From the IMG/VR virus record IMGVR_UViG_3300048855_000073, positions 1-44,051 of that record: 44,051 bases of DNA. One strand, given 5' to 3'. The translations under genes and the position numbers were made by a program. Position 1 is the first letter of the stretch; each line of letters begins with the position of its first letter. Shown here piece by piece: positions 25,092-34,867 of the stretch. The notes beneath the pieces are model-generated. The model made no database searches. It was given only the letters and a program-made list of their open reading frames with translations, and had not been told where the DNA came from. Origin of the DNA: a virus. Its lineage: Duplodnaviria; Caudoviricetes.

Positions 25092-25810
25092 GCCTCAGCA
25101 GCAACTTCCGCCGGACCATGTCAGTCATGGTGGACCGGCACACCTCGAGCGCGGAAGCGCGCCGGCGGGTGGCCGCGGTCGCACGGGACGGGCTGACAGA
25201 GCTGATCCGCACCGGCCGCGCCTCGACGGTCTATCAGACCACCGTGGATGGGCGCCGGAACGCGCCGCTGGAGACGGTGCGGCTCGACAAGGGCCGCATC
25301 GAGTTCATCTTTGGCCAGATGGCCCGGGCGGCAGAATTTGCCGTCGACCTGGCAAAGAAGCGTTCCCCTGTGAAGGGCGGCAAGTACCGCGACAGCTGGT
25401 TTGTCCTGGTCGACAAGAAGCCCTGGACGGCACCGCTGGCAACCATCCCGTCTGGGGTCGAGGTGTGGATCACCAACGCCGCGGACTATCACCGCAAGAT
25501 CGACCGCGGTGGCCAGAAGACCAAGATGCCGCCCTACATCGTCGAGGACGTGCGCCAGGCAGTGCAGCGGCGCTTTCCCGGCCTCGATGCCGGGGTGGAT
25601 TTCGTCACGTTGCCCGGCGGCTATGTCCTGAAGGGCTATGGCTGGGATAGCGGCCTGTCCTTCCGCAAGCGCCTGAATCCGAGCCGCCCTGACCAGGAGC
25701 TCGGCTGGAACCGGCGCTTTGCAAAGCCCAAGGCCAATGGCCGGCCGGATCGCGCCCCCGGTGTCCCCATGACCTATCCGACCATCATCATCTCAGAAAA
25801 AGGAAGCTGA
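25088..25810 (+). CDS. Putative tail completion/neck protein (HK97 gp10-like)
   Basis: SPVKGGKYRDSW and N.ADY.RKI motifs. Confidence 0.6.
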   Translation: MSLSSNFRRTMSVMVDRHTSSAEARRRVAAVARDGLTELIRTGRASTVYQTTVDGRRNAPLETVRLDKGRIEFIFGQMARAAEFAVDLAKKRSPVKGGKYRDSWFVLVDKKPWTAPLATIPSGVEVWITNAADYHRKIDRGGQKTKMPPYIVEDVRQAVQRRFPGLDAGVDFVTLPGGYVLKGYGWDSGLSFRKRLNPSRPDQELGWNRRFAKPKANGRPDRAPGVPMTYPTIIISEKGS

Positions 25811-25813
25811 TCC

Positions 25814-28800
25814 ATGGTCGCAGTGAGCGAGGTGGTCGACCGCTACCGTGTCGAGACCGAGCTTCGCGACGGCATGTCAGGTCCGCTGGAGGTGATTGCC
25901 GGCCAGATGGATGCCTTCGAGGGCAAGGGGAAGACGGTCGCGGAGACGGCCCGCCAGTTTGGCAAGGCGATGGCCGAGACCGGCACGCAGGCGGCGCGGG
26001 CGGTTCCGGATATCGACCGCATCGCCAATCGCGTCGACACCGTGACCAAGGCCCAGCGCTCGCTCAGCACCGCACTGGACGCTTTGCGGGTGGCCCAGGC
26101 CGCGGCGACGCGCGAAGGCGCGACGGATGCCGAAAGCAAGGCCAAGCAGGAACGCACCCTCGCCGGCCTGGCCGCGAAGGTCGAGGATCTCGCGCGCAAG
26201 CTGGGCGCGGCCCGAGCCGAGGCCGAAGCCAACCAGGCCATGCAGGAAGCGCTGAACGGCACCTATGGCCGCAGCAGCGATCTGGTGGACGAGCATGTTG
26301 CCGCGCTTTCCGCCAAGGCGCAGGCCGAGCATGCCGACCAGGCTGCGATGCAGCAGGCCAATCAGGCGGCGCAGGAGCGTGCCAGCCAGGTGCAGCGCCT
26401 GACGGGCTTGCTGAATGGGTATGTGCAGCTTGTCGACCCGCTGGCCGCCAAGCTGGCTCGCGTCGAGGCGGCCGAGCAGAGCCTGACGGCTGCCCGCACC
26501 CATGGCGTTGCCGTCACCGAGGAACAGGCCGCCGCGGTCGCCAAGATGCGGGCCAGCTATGAGGCGGCCGCCACGGACCAGGCGCGCCTGCTGAACGGCA
26601 GCAAGGCCGCCGAGGAAGCCGCGGCTCAGGCGGCCAAAGAGCACGCCTCCGAAGTGCAGCGCCTGCAGGCCGCCCTGACCGGTTATGTGCATGCGAACGA
26701 CCCGCTGGCTGCCTCCCTGGCCCGTGTGCAGGCGGCCGAGCAAAACCTGACCGCTGCCCGCACCCATGGCATTGCCGTCACCGAGGAGCAGGCGGCCGCG
26801 GTCGCCAAGATGCGCGCCGGCTATGAGGCGGCCGCTGCGGACCAGGTGCGCGTGCTGAACGGGAGCAAGGCGGCCGAGGAAGCCGCGGCTCAGGCGGCCA
26901 AGGCGCACGCCTCCGAGGTGCAGCGCCTGCAGGCTGCCCTGACCGGCTATGTGCAGGCCAACGATCCCGTGGCCGCCTCTCTGGCCAAGGTGATCCGCGC
27001 CGAGGAGGAGCTGGCACAGCTGCGCTCCCTGGGCATTCCGGCGACGCTGCAGCAGTCCGAGACGGTTGTGCGGATGCGCCGCGAGCATGAGGAGCTGGCA
27101 GCCTCCAGCGGCAAGGTCGGCAACAGCTTCGGCCTGCAGCGCCACCAGGTGCAGAACCTCACCGCACAGTTTGTCGACCTGGGCGTCCAGGTCTCCTCCG
27201 GCGGCGGGATCCTGCTGCCGCTGATCCAGCAGGGGCCGCAGGCCGTCGATGCGGTGGGCGGTGTCAGGGCTGCAGTGGGGCTGCTGGGCCAGGTCTTCAC
27301 GCCGGCCCGGATCGCGATCGGCCTGGGTGTGGTGGCCCTGGGGGCGATGACGATCGCCGGCAAGACGCAGGAAGCGAACCTTGCAAGCCTGCGCGGCCAG
27401 CTGCGCGGCGTCTCCGGCGATTATGCCGCCATGGCCGAGGAGGTGGAGCGCAGCGCGCGCCGCATCCAGGCTTCCGGCCAGGGCATCAGCCGGGACGAGG
27501 CGCGAGCCTCCCAAGTGCAGCTGCGGCAGTCGGCCGGCGCCGCCGGCATCGGCGGGCTCGACTTCGAGCAGCTGAGCAAGGATGCGGCCGATCTGGCCGT
27601 GGTGCTGCGTACCGACCTGGCCGGCGCATCGACCGAGCTCGGCAAGGCCATGAAGGATCCGGCCGCCCTGGTCGAGCAGCTCGCTGCCCAGGGCTTCCCG
27701 GGCATGACCGAGCAGCTGCGCATCACGGCCGCCGCCATGGTCGCCGGCGGTGATCGCACCTCCGCCTTCGAGCTGGTGCTGGGGCGGGTGATGGACCGCG
27801 CGCGGGGCGCGGCCAAAGACGTCGACCCGTTGAAGTCTTCGCTGCGCGAGCTCGGCATCGCTTGGGACGGCTTTACCGACACGGTCGGCCCCTGGTTGGC
27901 TGGCGCCGGCGCGACCCTGCTGAGCTGGCTGACGGACTTCGCGCGCCTGGTGGGCGCGGTGGTCGGCGCGATCCAGAGCGTTGGCAACCTGCGGCTGCCC
28001 CGCATCGATCCGAATGGCGGCGGCAACACCTCCGCGGTCACCTCCGGCGCCGCCTATGCCGGTGCCTCGGACTTCAACACCGCCCTGGCGCGGCAAGAGA
28101 GCGGGGGGAACAGCCAGAGGGAAAACCCCTACGGCTACCTCGGAACCTACCAGTACGGGTCCGCCCGCCTGCAGGATCTCGGCGTCTACACGCCGCGGGC
28201 CGGGGAGGGCGCCAATAGCTGGCAGGGTAGCTTCAACATCCCGGGCTTTGCCGGCGTCACCAGTAAGACCGACTTCCTCGCCAATGCCCAGGCGCAGGAG
28301 GCGGTGCGCCAGCTGGATACCGCGGCGCTGATGCCGACCGTCCAGAAGATCCTGCAGGACAACCCTGACAAGGTGATCGGCGGCATCGGGCTCAACGCCG
28401 AGGGGCTGCTGGCGGTCGCGCATCTCGGCGGCAAGACGGGCATGGAGCGCTTCGTCGCCGCGGGCGGGCAGGGGGAAAGCAACAGGCGCGACGCCAACGG
28501 CACCTCGCTGCTGGACTATTACGCCGCCTTCTCGAAAACAGGCGCCGCCGGCCCGGTCACGGTGCAGGCGACCCGGGTGGAGCTGACCGGCACCGGCGGC
28601 ATTGTCCTACCGCCGGTCAGCGTCGAAGCCTCCGCTGACCAGACGCTCGACAAGGCGCTGCGCTTGGCCAGGGGCCAGGATTCGCCCTACGCGCCGAATA
28701 CCACCCGGGAAACCCAGGCCGCCGGCATCAATCGGGCGCTGCAGCAGATCGATGCCGCACGGCAGATCCCCGGCCTGGATGCGGCCAGCATGGACGTGCT

Positions 28801-31621
28801 GGTGGCCGGCACGCGACGGCTGCGGGCAGAGCTGGAAGGTCTGAAGGGTCCGCATGCGGAGTTCGTGCGCGGGCAGCAGGACGCCATCCAGTCGGCCGAG
28901 CAGCTGGACCCGGTGCAGCGCGCCGTCAACGAGGCGGTGCGCGGCTATACCGACCAGATGGAGCGGGCCGGGGAGACACCCTCCGCCGGCCAGCTGGAGG
29001 AGGTGCGGGCCAACAAGCTGCGCGAGCTGCAGGCGGTCTTCAAGGCCGCGACGTCCGAGATCGACCGGCAGACCGCAAGCCAGGAGCGCATCGGCGTCGC
29101 CTATGTCAAGGGCGAACAGGCTGTGGCTCGCGCCACGGCTGCCGAGAAAGCCATGGAGCTGGTGCGCAGCGCCGGCATCAAGGGCACCGAGGCGCGCAAG
29201 GTGGCCGAGGAGGGCGTTACGGAAGCCCTGCTGCGCCAGCAGCGGGTGAACAATGACAACGCAGCCCTGGCAGCTAACAGCAATTCCGAGGCCAATCTCG
29301 AATATCTGGCGAAGCAGCGGGATCTGATCGGCGCCTCGGCCGACATGCGCGAGCGCGAGCTCGCCGCCATGAAGGTCAGGCAGGATCTGGAACGCCGACC
29401 AGGTGGCACCAGCGAGCCGATCATCCAGCAGGCGGAAGCCCTGGCCCGGCAAACGGCTGATGCCACCCGAGAGACAAGGCAGCTGGCGAATAGCTGGTCG
29501 GCGGTCGAGAATTTCGCCAGCCAGACGGCCGATACCATCCAGAACGCGCTGGTCTCGGCGCTGGCCTCCGGCGAAGCCAAAACCATCAAGTTCGGCGCTA
29601 TCTGGCGGGCGACGATGGCGGCGGCTGTCTCTCAGGCATCCCAGCTGGCGATCATCAATCCGCTCCTCAACGCAGCCTTTGGCGGCGATCGCGCAACGCT
29701 GGGCGGCGTGGCAACTGTTGCGTCGGGCTCAGGCTCTCCGATCACCACGGATGGTAAGGGCAACTTGGTCGGCTACGCGCAGCAGGGTGCGCAGGCGTAC
29801 TCAGCGTACAGCAAGCTCAGCGGCATCAACCCGACCAGCTATATCAACGGCACCAGCAGCTTTGCGACTGGCTGGGGAGGACTGGACGCCGCGCTGAATA
29901 CGCCGATTTGGGGCGCTAGCAGCGGAATCAATGCAGGCGGTGCTGTAACGAACGCAGCCGGCTACGGCTCCATGGCACAATCCTCTATCGACGCAGCTGG
30001 CAGCGCCAGTTCGGCCGGAGTTGGCGGTCTCACCTACGGTGGGGCAGCCATGGGCGCCCTCGGCGTGGCCGGCGGCCTCTACGGAGCCTATTCCGGCATC
30101 CAGCGTGGTGGCCCGGGCGGCTATACCTCTGCTGCCGGCGGTGCTGCGACGGCGGGGCTCTCTGCGGCCGCCATGGCTGGCATGTCCGTCCCGGTCTATG
30201 GCTGGGTCGCGGCCATGGCGCTGATGGTGCTGGGCGCGTTGTTGCCTGGGCAGAAGCCGTCCGACATGACGGGCGCGGCGACCTTCACAACCAACGACCC
30301 GGGCAACCCGGTGATCGGTGGCCTCGGAGGGGTTCGCTACAGCGAGGCCAACCGGGAGCAGGCGCGGCTGATCGGTGTCGAGCTAGGCAAGCTGGCGGAT
30401 CAGGTCGGCGAGAAGACCGGTTTGAACCGGTCGGTGGAGACGGCATACCGGGTTGAATGGGGCAACCGCGACGGCCTCAACGTCTACATGGGTGCGGACG
30501 GCCGGGACCAGCTGCACGGGGCGACGGATGAGGAAGGCGTGGCCGCGGTTACGCAGGCCTTCATTTCAAGGTTGCTGCAGCAGGCAGCCCAGCAGACGCC
30601 GGACGCGAACATCCGGAGCATCATCGATCGCACCGGCGTGGCAGATCCGGACGCGACACTGGCGAATATCGATTGGTACGAGAATACCTGGAAGGTCATG
30701 CAGGAGCCGCTCGAAGCAACGCGCTCTGGCTTGGAAACCTTCGAGGCCCAGCTCAAGGACCTGCAGGCGCCGTTCCAGGAGGTCATTAACAAGAGCATCG
30801 CGCTCGGACTGGCGACCGAGGAGCTGACCAAGCGTCAGCAGGAGGCGGTCGACTACGCGCGGGGCCAGGTTGCCCAAGGCTACGACCAGGCGATGTGGCA
30901 GGCGCAGGGGCGGGGTTATATCCAGAGCCTGCGCGACATTCGCGAAAACTACGAGACCAACTCGAGCCTGTATCGCAACGTCGGACGGAACCCCGAGGAT
31001 CTCTACAACCAGCAGGCCATTGCTGCGCTGAGCAGCCTGTCCGTGGATGCGCTGCGCGACGTCGCAGCCAACTTTGTTGGTTGGGACGACGCGATGGCAT
31101 CGTTGGCTCAGCAGATGCTCGCCAACACCGAAGCCACGATGGCCGCGACAGCGGCGACCGAGGCGGCGCGCAACCGCGATCAGGCGCAGCAGAATGTCGT
31201 GGGGACGCTTGGCGGCATCACGGACTTCGTGCGGTCGCTGCAGTTCGGCGACCAGTCTGTGCTGTCGCCGGAAGCACAGCTGAACCTTGCCAGCCAGCAA
31301 TTCGAGGATCTGGCGGCGCGGGCGCAGACGGGTGACTACGGCGCCATCAGCGACTTCACCGAGGTCTCGGGCAATCTGCTGAATGCCGGGCGCGACTACT
31401 ACGCCAGCGGTCCTGGCTATGCCGCCTTGCAGGAACGGGTGCTCTCCCTGGCCGAAACCATCGGCAACATCTCGGTCGATACCCTGACCAGCAGCGCCAT
31501 GGAGAGCATCATGCAAACCACGGCACAGACGATCGTGGAAGCGATCAACCGTCTGCTGGCGGAAAGCCAGCTGACCCGGGTGCAGATCGCCGGGATGCTT
31601 GAGAAGGTACCGGCCCGATGA
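25814..31621 (+). CDS. Tail tape measure protein
   Basis: 1935 aa, Ala-rich coiled coil; NL.AQ..D..VQ..SG..L..LIQQGPQ lambda-TMP motif. Confidence 0.92.
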   Translation: MVAVSEVVDRYRVETELRDGMSGPLEVIAGQMDAFEGKGKTVAETARQFGKAMAETGTQAARAVPDIDRIANRVDTVTKAQRSLSTALDALRVAQAAATREGATDAESKAKQERTLAGLAAKVEDLARKLGAARAEAEANQAMQEALNGTYGRSSDLVDEHVAALSAKAQAEHADQAAMQQANQAAQERASQVQRLTGLLNGYVQLVDPLAAKLARVEAAEQSLTAARTHGVAVTEEQAAAVAKMRASYEAAATDQARLLNGSKAAEEAAAQAAKEHASEVQRLQAALTGYVHANDPLAASLARVQAAEQNLTAARTHGIAVTEEQAAAVAKMRAGYEAAAADQVRVLNGSKAAEEAAAQAAKAHASEVQRLQAALTGYVQANDPVAASLAKVIRAEEELAQLRSLGIPATLQQSETVVRMRREHEELAASSGKVGNSFGLQRHQVQNLTAQFVDLGVQVSSGGGILLPLIQQGPQAVDAVGGVRAAVGLLGQVFTPARIAIGLGVVALGAMTIAGKTQEANLASLRGQLRGVSGDYAAMAEEVERSARRIQASGQGISRDEARASQVQLRQSAGAAGIGGLDFEQLSKDAADLAVVLRTDLAGASTELGKAMKDPAALVEQLAAQGFPGMTEQLRITAAAMVAGGDRTSAFELVLGRVMDRARGAAKDVDPLKSSLRELGIAWDGFTDTVGPWLAGAGATLLSWLTDFARLVGAVVGAIQSVGNLRLPRIDPNGGGNTSAVTSGAAYAGASDFNTALARQESGGNSQRENPYGYLGTYQYGSARLQDLGVYTPRAGEGANSWQGSFNIPGFAGVTSKTDFLANAQAQEAVRQLDTAALMPTVQKILQDNPDKVIGGIGLNAEGLLAVAHLGGKTGMERFVAAGGQGESNRRDANGTSLLDYYAAFSKTGAAGPVTVQATRVELTGTGGIVLPPVSVEASADQTLDKALRLARGQDSPYAPNTTRETQAAGINRALQQIDAARQIPGLDAASMDVLVAGTRRLRAELEGLKGPHAEFVRGQQDAIQSAEQLDPVQRAVNEAVRGYTDQMERAGETPSAGQLEEVRANKLRELQAVFKAATSEIDRQTASQERIGVAYVKGEQAVARATAAEKAMELVRSAGIKGTEARKVAEEGVTEALLRQQRVNNDNAALAANSNSEANLEYLAKQRDLIGASADMRERELAAMKVRQDLERRPGGTSEPIIQQAEALARQTADATRETRQLANSWSAVENFASQTADTIQNALVSALASGEAKTIKFGAIWRATMAAAVSQASQLAIINPLLNAAFGGDRATLGGVATVASGSGSPITTDGKGNLVGYAQQGAQAYSAYSKLSGINPTSYINGTSSFATGWGGLDAALNTPIWGASSGINAGGAVTNAAGYGSMAQSSIDAAGSASSAGVGGLTYGGAAMGALGVAGGLYGAYSGIQRGGPGGYTSAAGGAATAGLSAAAMAGMSVPVYGWVAAMALMVLGALLPGQKPSDMTGAATFTTNDPGNPVIGGLGGVRYSEANREQARLIGVELGKLADQVGEKTGLNRSVETAYRVEWGNRDGLNVYMGADGRDQLHGATDEEGVAAVTQAFISRLLQQAAQQTPDANIRSIIDRTGVADPDATLANIDWYENTWKVMQEPLEATRSGLETFEAQLKDLQAPFQEVINKSIALGLATEELTKRQQEAVDYARGQVAQGYDQAMWQAQGRGYIQSLRDIRENYETNSSLYRNVGRNPEDLYNQQAIAALSSLSVDALRDVAANFVGWDDAMASLAQQMLANTEATMAATAATEAARNRDQAQQNVVGTLGGITDFVRSLQFGDQSVLSPEAQLNLASQQFEDLAARAQTGDYGAISDFTEVSGNLLNAGRDYYASGPGYAALQERVLSLAETIGNISVDTLTSSAMESIMQTTAQTIVEAINRLLAESQLTRVQIAGMLEKVPAR
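26381..27010 (+). repeat. 264-bp (88-aa) tandem repeat within TMP, about 2.4 copies
   Basis: GTGCAGCGCCTG recurs at 26390, 26654 and 26918. Confidence 0.9.
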
Positions 31622-33291
31622 CCGGGCTGGTGATCCCCGGCGAGACGGCGCCCGGCGCCGGCCCGCCGGGCCCGGACATCGCACCAGGCCAGTTTGCCGT
31701 CACCGACCTGTCGGACCTGCCCGGCGAGTTTTTGGTCGAGCTCGGCACGGCACCGATGGTCCTGGCGGTCGGGCTCGGCTCGATCGGCATGCCCGGCGGC
31801 GAAGCGGTCGGCGGTCTGCCGGACGCGCCGCCGGCGACGCCTGCGCCGGCGGTGCTGCGCTACAGCCTGCGGGGCTGGATCGGTGAGCCGGAGGACGCCA
31901 CGGCGCCCAACGTGGCCTATGCGTCCCGCCTGGTGGGGCCCCCGGTCCTGGTGCGCAGCATGCGGGTGCTGCCGGAGGATAGCGCCCGCGCTGCCTTTCA
32001 ATCGGGCGAGATCGTGCTGCGCAACGACGACGGGGCGCTGAACGAGGTGGCTGGCGACTGGACGATGGCCGGCCGGCCGGCGGTGATTCGCCGCGGGCCG
32101 TATCGCCAGCCGCGCCGGGCCCGCTACCAAGAGTTCGGGCGGATCGCGGATCTGCGCATCACTGGCGCGGCGCAGGCGGATGCCACGCGCATCCGCATCG
32201 GCCTGCGCGAGGCGGCCGCCGATCTCGCGGTGCCGGTCAGCACCCCCTATGCCGGCAGTGGCGGCCTGGAGGGCGATGCGTCGCTCGCCGGGCAGCCCCG
32301 GCCGATGGTCTACGGCATCGTGCGGCAGCTGGTGCCGGTGCTCCTGACGGCCAGCCACGAGATCCGGCAGGTGTCCGGGCGGCCACTGAGCGCCGTCCTG
32401 GATGTGCGAGACCAGGGCTCTCCCCTGACGCCATTCGGCGACTACCCGGACGAGGTGGCCTTGGCAGGGGCATCGCTCTTTGCCGGCGGCTATGGGACCT
32501 GCCTGGCCAAGGGGCTGATCCGCACCGCCAGCAGGCCGAAGGGGCAGTTGACGGTCGATGCGGTGGGCGCCGGCGATATCACCCATGGGGGCATCGCCCT
32601 GGCCCTGCTGCGCGGCCCGGGCGGCCAGCTGGAGGAGCGCCTGGTGCCTGGCGGCTTCGCCGGGCAGCCGGCGGGTGCGGCAGGCTTTACCTGGACCTCT
32701 GGCACGGTCGCCGCGGCGCTGGACGAGGTGCTGGGCGCCTGTGCGGGCTGGTGGGGCTCTGACCGGCTCGGCCGCATCGTGGCAGGCCGCCTGCGGCAGC
32801 CGGACAGCCTTGAGGCGGAGGTCACCATCGCGCGCTGGATGCTGCAGGCCGAGCCGGCAGAGCAGGCCGGGGTGGCCCCGCGCTGGCGCCAGCGGGTGGC
32901 TTATCGCCGCTTGGCGACGGTGCAGAGCGCGACCGACCTGGTGGGCATCGCCAGCGGGAATTCCGCTCTGGTCGCGGCCTATGGCACCCCGGCGCAGGTG
33001 GCCATCGCCTTCGATACCGGGATCACGCTGTCCTATCCGCTGGCCACGGATCCCGAGCCGCTGCAGAGCGGCTTCGAGGACCAGGCCAATGCCCAGGCGC
33101 TCGCCGCCGAGCTGCTGGCCCTGCATGGCGTGCGGCGCCGGCGCTGGCGCCTGCCGGTCGGCCGATACGGCCACCTGGTGGATCTGGGCGCCGTCATCGC
33201 TGTCGACCATCCCAGGCTGGCCGGCCGCAACTGGATCGTCATCGCGAGCGAGGAATCCGGTGACGACAAAACGCTGACGGTCTGGGGGTAG
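31618..33291 (+). CDS. Tail tip/hub protein
   Basis: Follows TMP; YAG.GGLEG..L.G.PRP.VYG pattern. Confidence 0.65.
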   Translation: MTGLVIPGETAPGAGPPGPDIAPGQFAVTDLSDLPGEFLVELGTAPMVLAVGLGSIGMPGGEAVGGLPDAPPATPAPAVLRYSLRGWIGEPEDATAPNVAYASRLVGPPVLVRSMRVLPEDSARAAFQSGEIVLRNDDGALNEVAGDWTMAGRPAVIRRGPYRQPRRARYQEFGRIADLRITGAAQADATRIRIGLREAAADLAVPVSTPYAGSGGLEGDASLAGQPRPMVYGIVRQLVPVLLTASHEIRQVSGRPLSAVLDVRDQGSPLTPFGDYPDEVALAGASLFAGGYGTCLAKGLIRTASRPKGQLTVDAVGAGDITHGGIALALLRGPGGQLEERLVPGGFAGQPAGAAGFTWTSGTVAAALDEVLGACAGWWGSDRLGRIVAGRLRQPDSLEAEVTIARWMLQAEPAEQAGVAPRWRQRVAYRRLATVQSATDLVGIASGNSALVAAYGTPAQVAIAFDTGITLSYPLATDPEPLQSGFEDQANAQALAAELLALHGVRRRRWRLPVGRYGHLVDLGAVIAVDHPRLAGRNWIVIASEESGDDKTLTVWG

Positions 33292-33293
33292 GG

Positions 33294-34046
33294 ATGCCGA
33301 GTGCGGTGAGCGAGTTCAGCTGGGCGGATCTGCCTGGCGTGTCGATCGATACCGATAGCGAGGCCGTCGGCCTCGGCGTGCGCTCGCTGCTGACCCCGGT
33401 ACTGGGCGATGTGTGGCGCAGCACCGGCGCCGGCGACGTGCCGGGGCAGCGCCGGCTGTCGATCGACCTGGGCACGCCGCGGCCGGTGCGGGTGCTGGTG
33501 CTGCAGGCGCCCCGCGACGGGCTGCTGCCGGAAGCCGGCGCCGTGATCCGGGCCTCGCTCTCCGCCATGGCGGCAGGCGGCCAGGAGGCGGGCTTTCGGG
33601 AGGCGCCGCTGGACATGCCGCGCGGCTACTGGACCTGGACGCTCGACCAGACGGTGCTGGCGCAGCACCTGCAGCTGCTCCTGCTCAGCAGCCAGCCCTA
33701 CCTGCAATTCGGGCGGCTCTGGCTCGGCGATGCGATGGTCACCCCCGCCTACCTGGCGGAGGGCAATCATGAGCCGGCCGTCTCGGACGCCCCCGGCGAG
33801 CCGACCCGGCGGCGGGTCCAGTTCACGCTGCCGAGCTTGACGCAGGATCAAGCCGACCAACTCGAAGACATCGGCCTCTCCGCCGGCACGCAGCGCCAGG
33901 TGCTCGCCATCCCGCGCGTCGAGCGCGGCGATCGCAGCGCCGTGCTGGGCAAGCTGGCCTCGATCCCGGCGCCCAAGCCGCGCCAGGCCTGGGGTGAGGC
34001 CGGGCAGTGGCACACCGCAACCCTTTCCGTTCAGGAGGACCGCTAA
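33294..34046 (+). CDS. Tail tip-associated protein
   Basis: Position; IDLG..RPVR, GRLWLG. Confidence 0.55.
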   Translation: MPSAVSEFSWADLPGVSIDTDSEAVGLGVRSLLTPVLGDVWRSTGAGDVPGQRRLSIDLGTPRPVRVLVLQAPRDGLLPEAGAVIRASLSAMAAGGQEAGFREAPLDMPRGYWTWTLDQTVLAQHLQLLLLSSQPYLQFGRLWLGDAMVTPAYLAEGNHEPAVSDAPGEPTRRRVQFTLPSLTQDQADQLEDIGLSAGTQRQVLAIPRVERGDRSAVLGKLASIPAPKPRQAWGEAGQWHTATLSVQEDR

Positions 34047-34819
34047 TGGCCGTGTTGCGATACGGCGCCTGTATTCGCTTCCTGACCACCTCGGGCGGCA
34101 CCGGCGCGCTTGCGATCGGCAATTCGCCGGCCGGCTACCTGGATCCGTTTACCGCCGGCATGTCCTCCGGTGACCGCTCCACCTGGCGCTGCGAAAGCGA
34201 AGATGGCCTGACCTGGGAGCTGTTCGAGGGGGTGGTCACCGCCGGCAGCCCGAGCACCGTCAGCCGGGCCCGGATCGTCCGCACCTCCGCCGGCAACAAC
34301 ACGGCCATCGCCTGGCCGAATGGCACCACCAAGCGGGTCACCGGCGTCTTTTCGCCGGACAGGACGGCAGTCCTCGACAGCGACGGAAAGCTGCCGGCGG
34401 AGATCCTGCCGGGAAAAGTGTCGCAGCTGTTCCGGGCCGCGCCGCAGTCCGTGCCGCACAACACCGGCGCCACGATCGTCTGGGACACCTTCGGCATCAA
34501 CACGCTGGGGGCCGCCTCCGCCACGCCGGTCAATCAGATGATCGTGCCGGAGACCGGGATCTACCTTGCGATATTCAACGCCTTCTGGGCGGCCTCCGCG
34601 GCCGGGTCCATCCGGTCGGCGCTATTGTCGATCGCTGGCGTCGAGCGAGCCGGGAGCAACGCTCCGCCGATGGCGCAGCCCGGGCGAGCCAGCTGCAGTT
34701 TCGTGGGGCAGATGACCGCCGGGCAGTCCGTCCAGGGCAACGTGTTCCAGGATAGCGGCGCCGCGCTCGCCTACGGCCAGAACGGCGCCATGAACCTGAC
34801 ACTGACCCGCATCGGCTGA
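34046..34819 (+). CDS. Short tail fibre with C1q/TNF-like C-terminal domain
   Basis: TT..GTGAL, WELFEG N-terminal; VPETGIY.....A and QMTAGQSV C-terminal. Confidence 0.6.
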   Translation: MAVLRYGACIRFLTTSGGTGALAIGNSPAGYLDPFTAGMSSGDRSTWRCESEDGLTWELFEGVVTAGSPSTVSRARIVRTSAGNNTAIAWPNGTTKRVTGVFSPDRTAVLDSDGKLPAEILPGKVSQLFRAAPQSVPHNTGATIVWDTFGINTLGAASATPVNQMIVPETGIYLAIFNAFWAASAAGSIRSALLSIAGVERAGSNAPPMAQPGRASCSFVGQMTAGQSVQGNVFQDSGAALAYGQNGAMNLTLTRIG

Positions 34820-34867
34820 CACCTCCGGCGGCACGCGCCGCCATCCTGCACAATCCGGAGTACCGAC

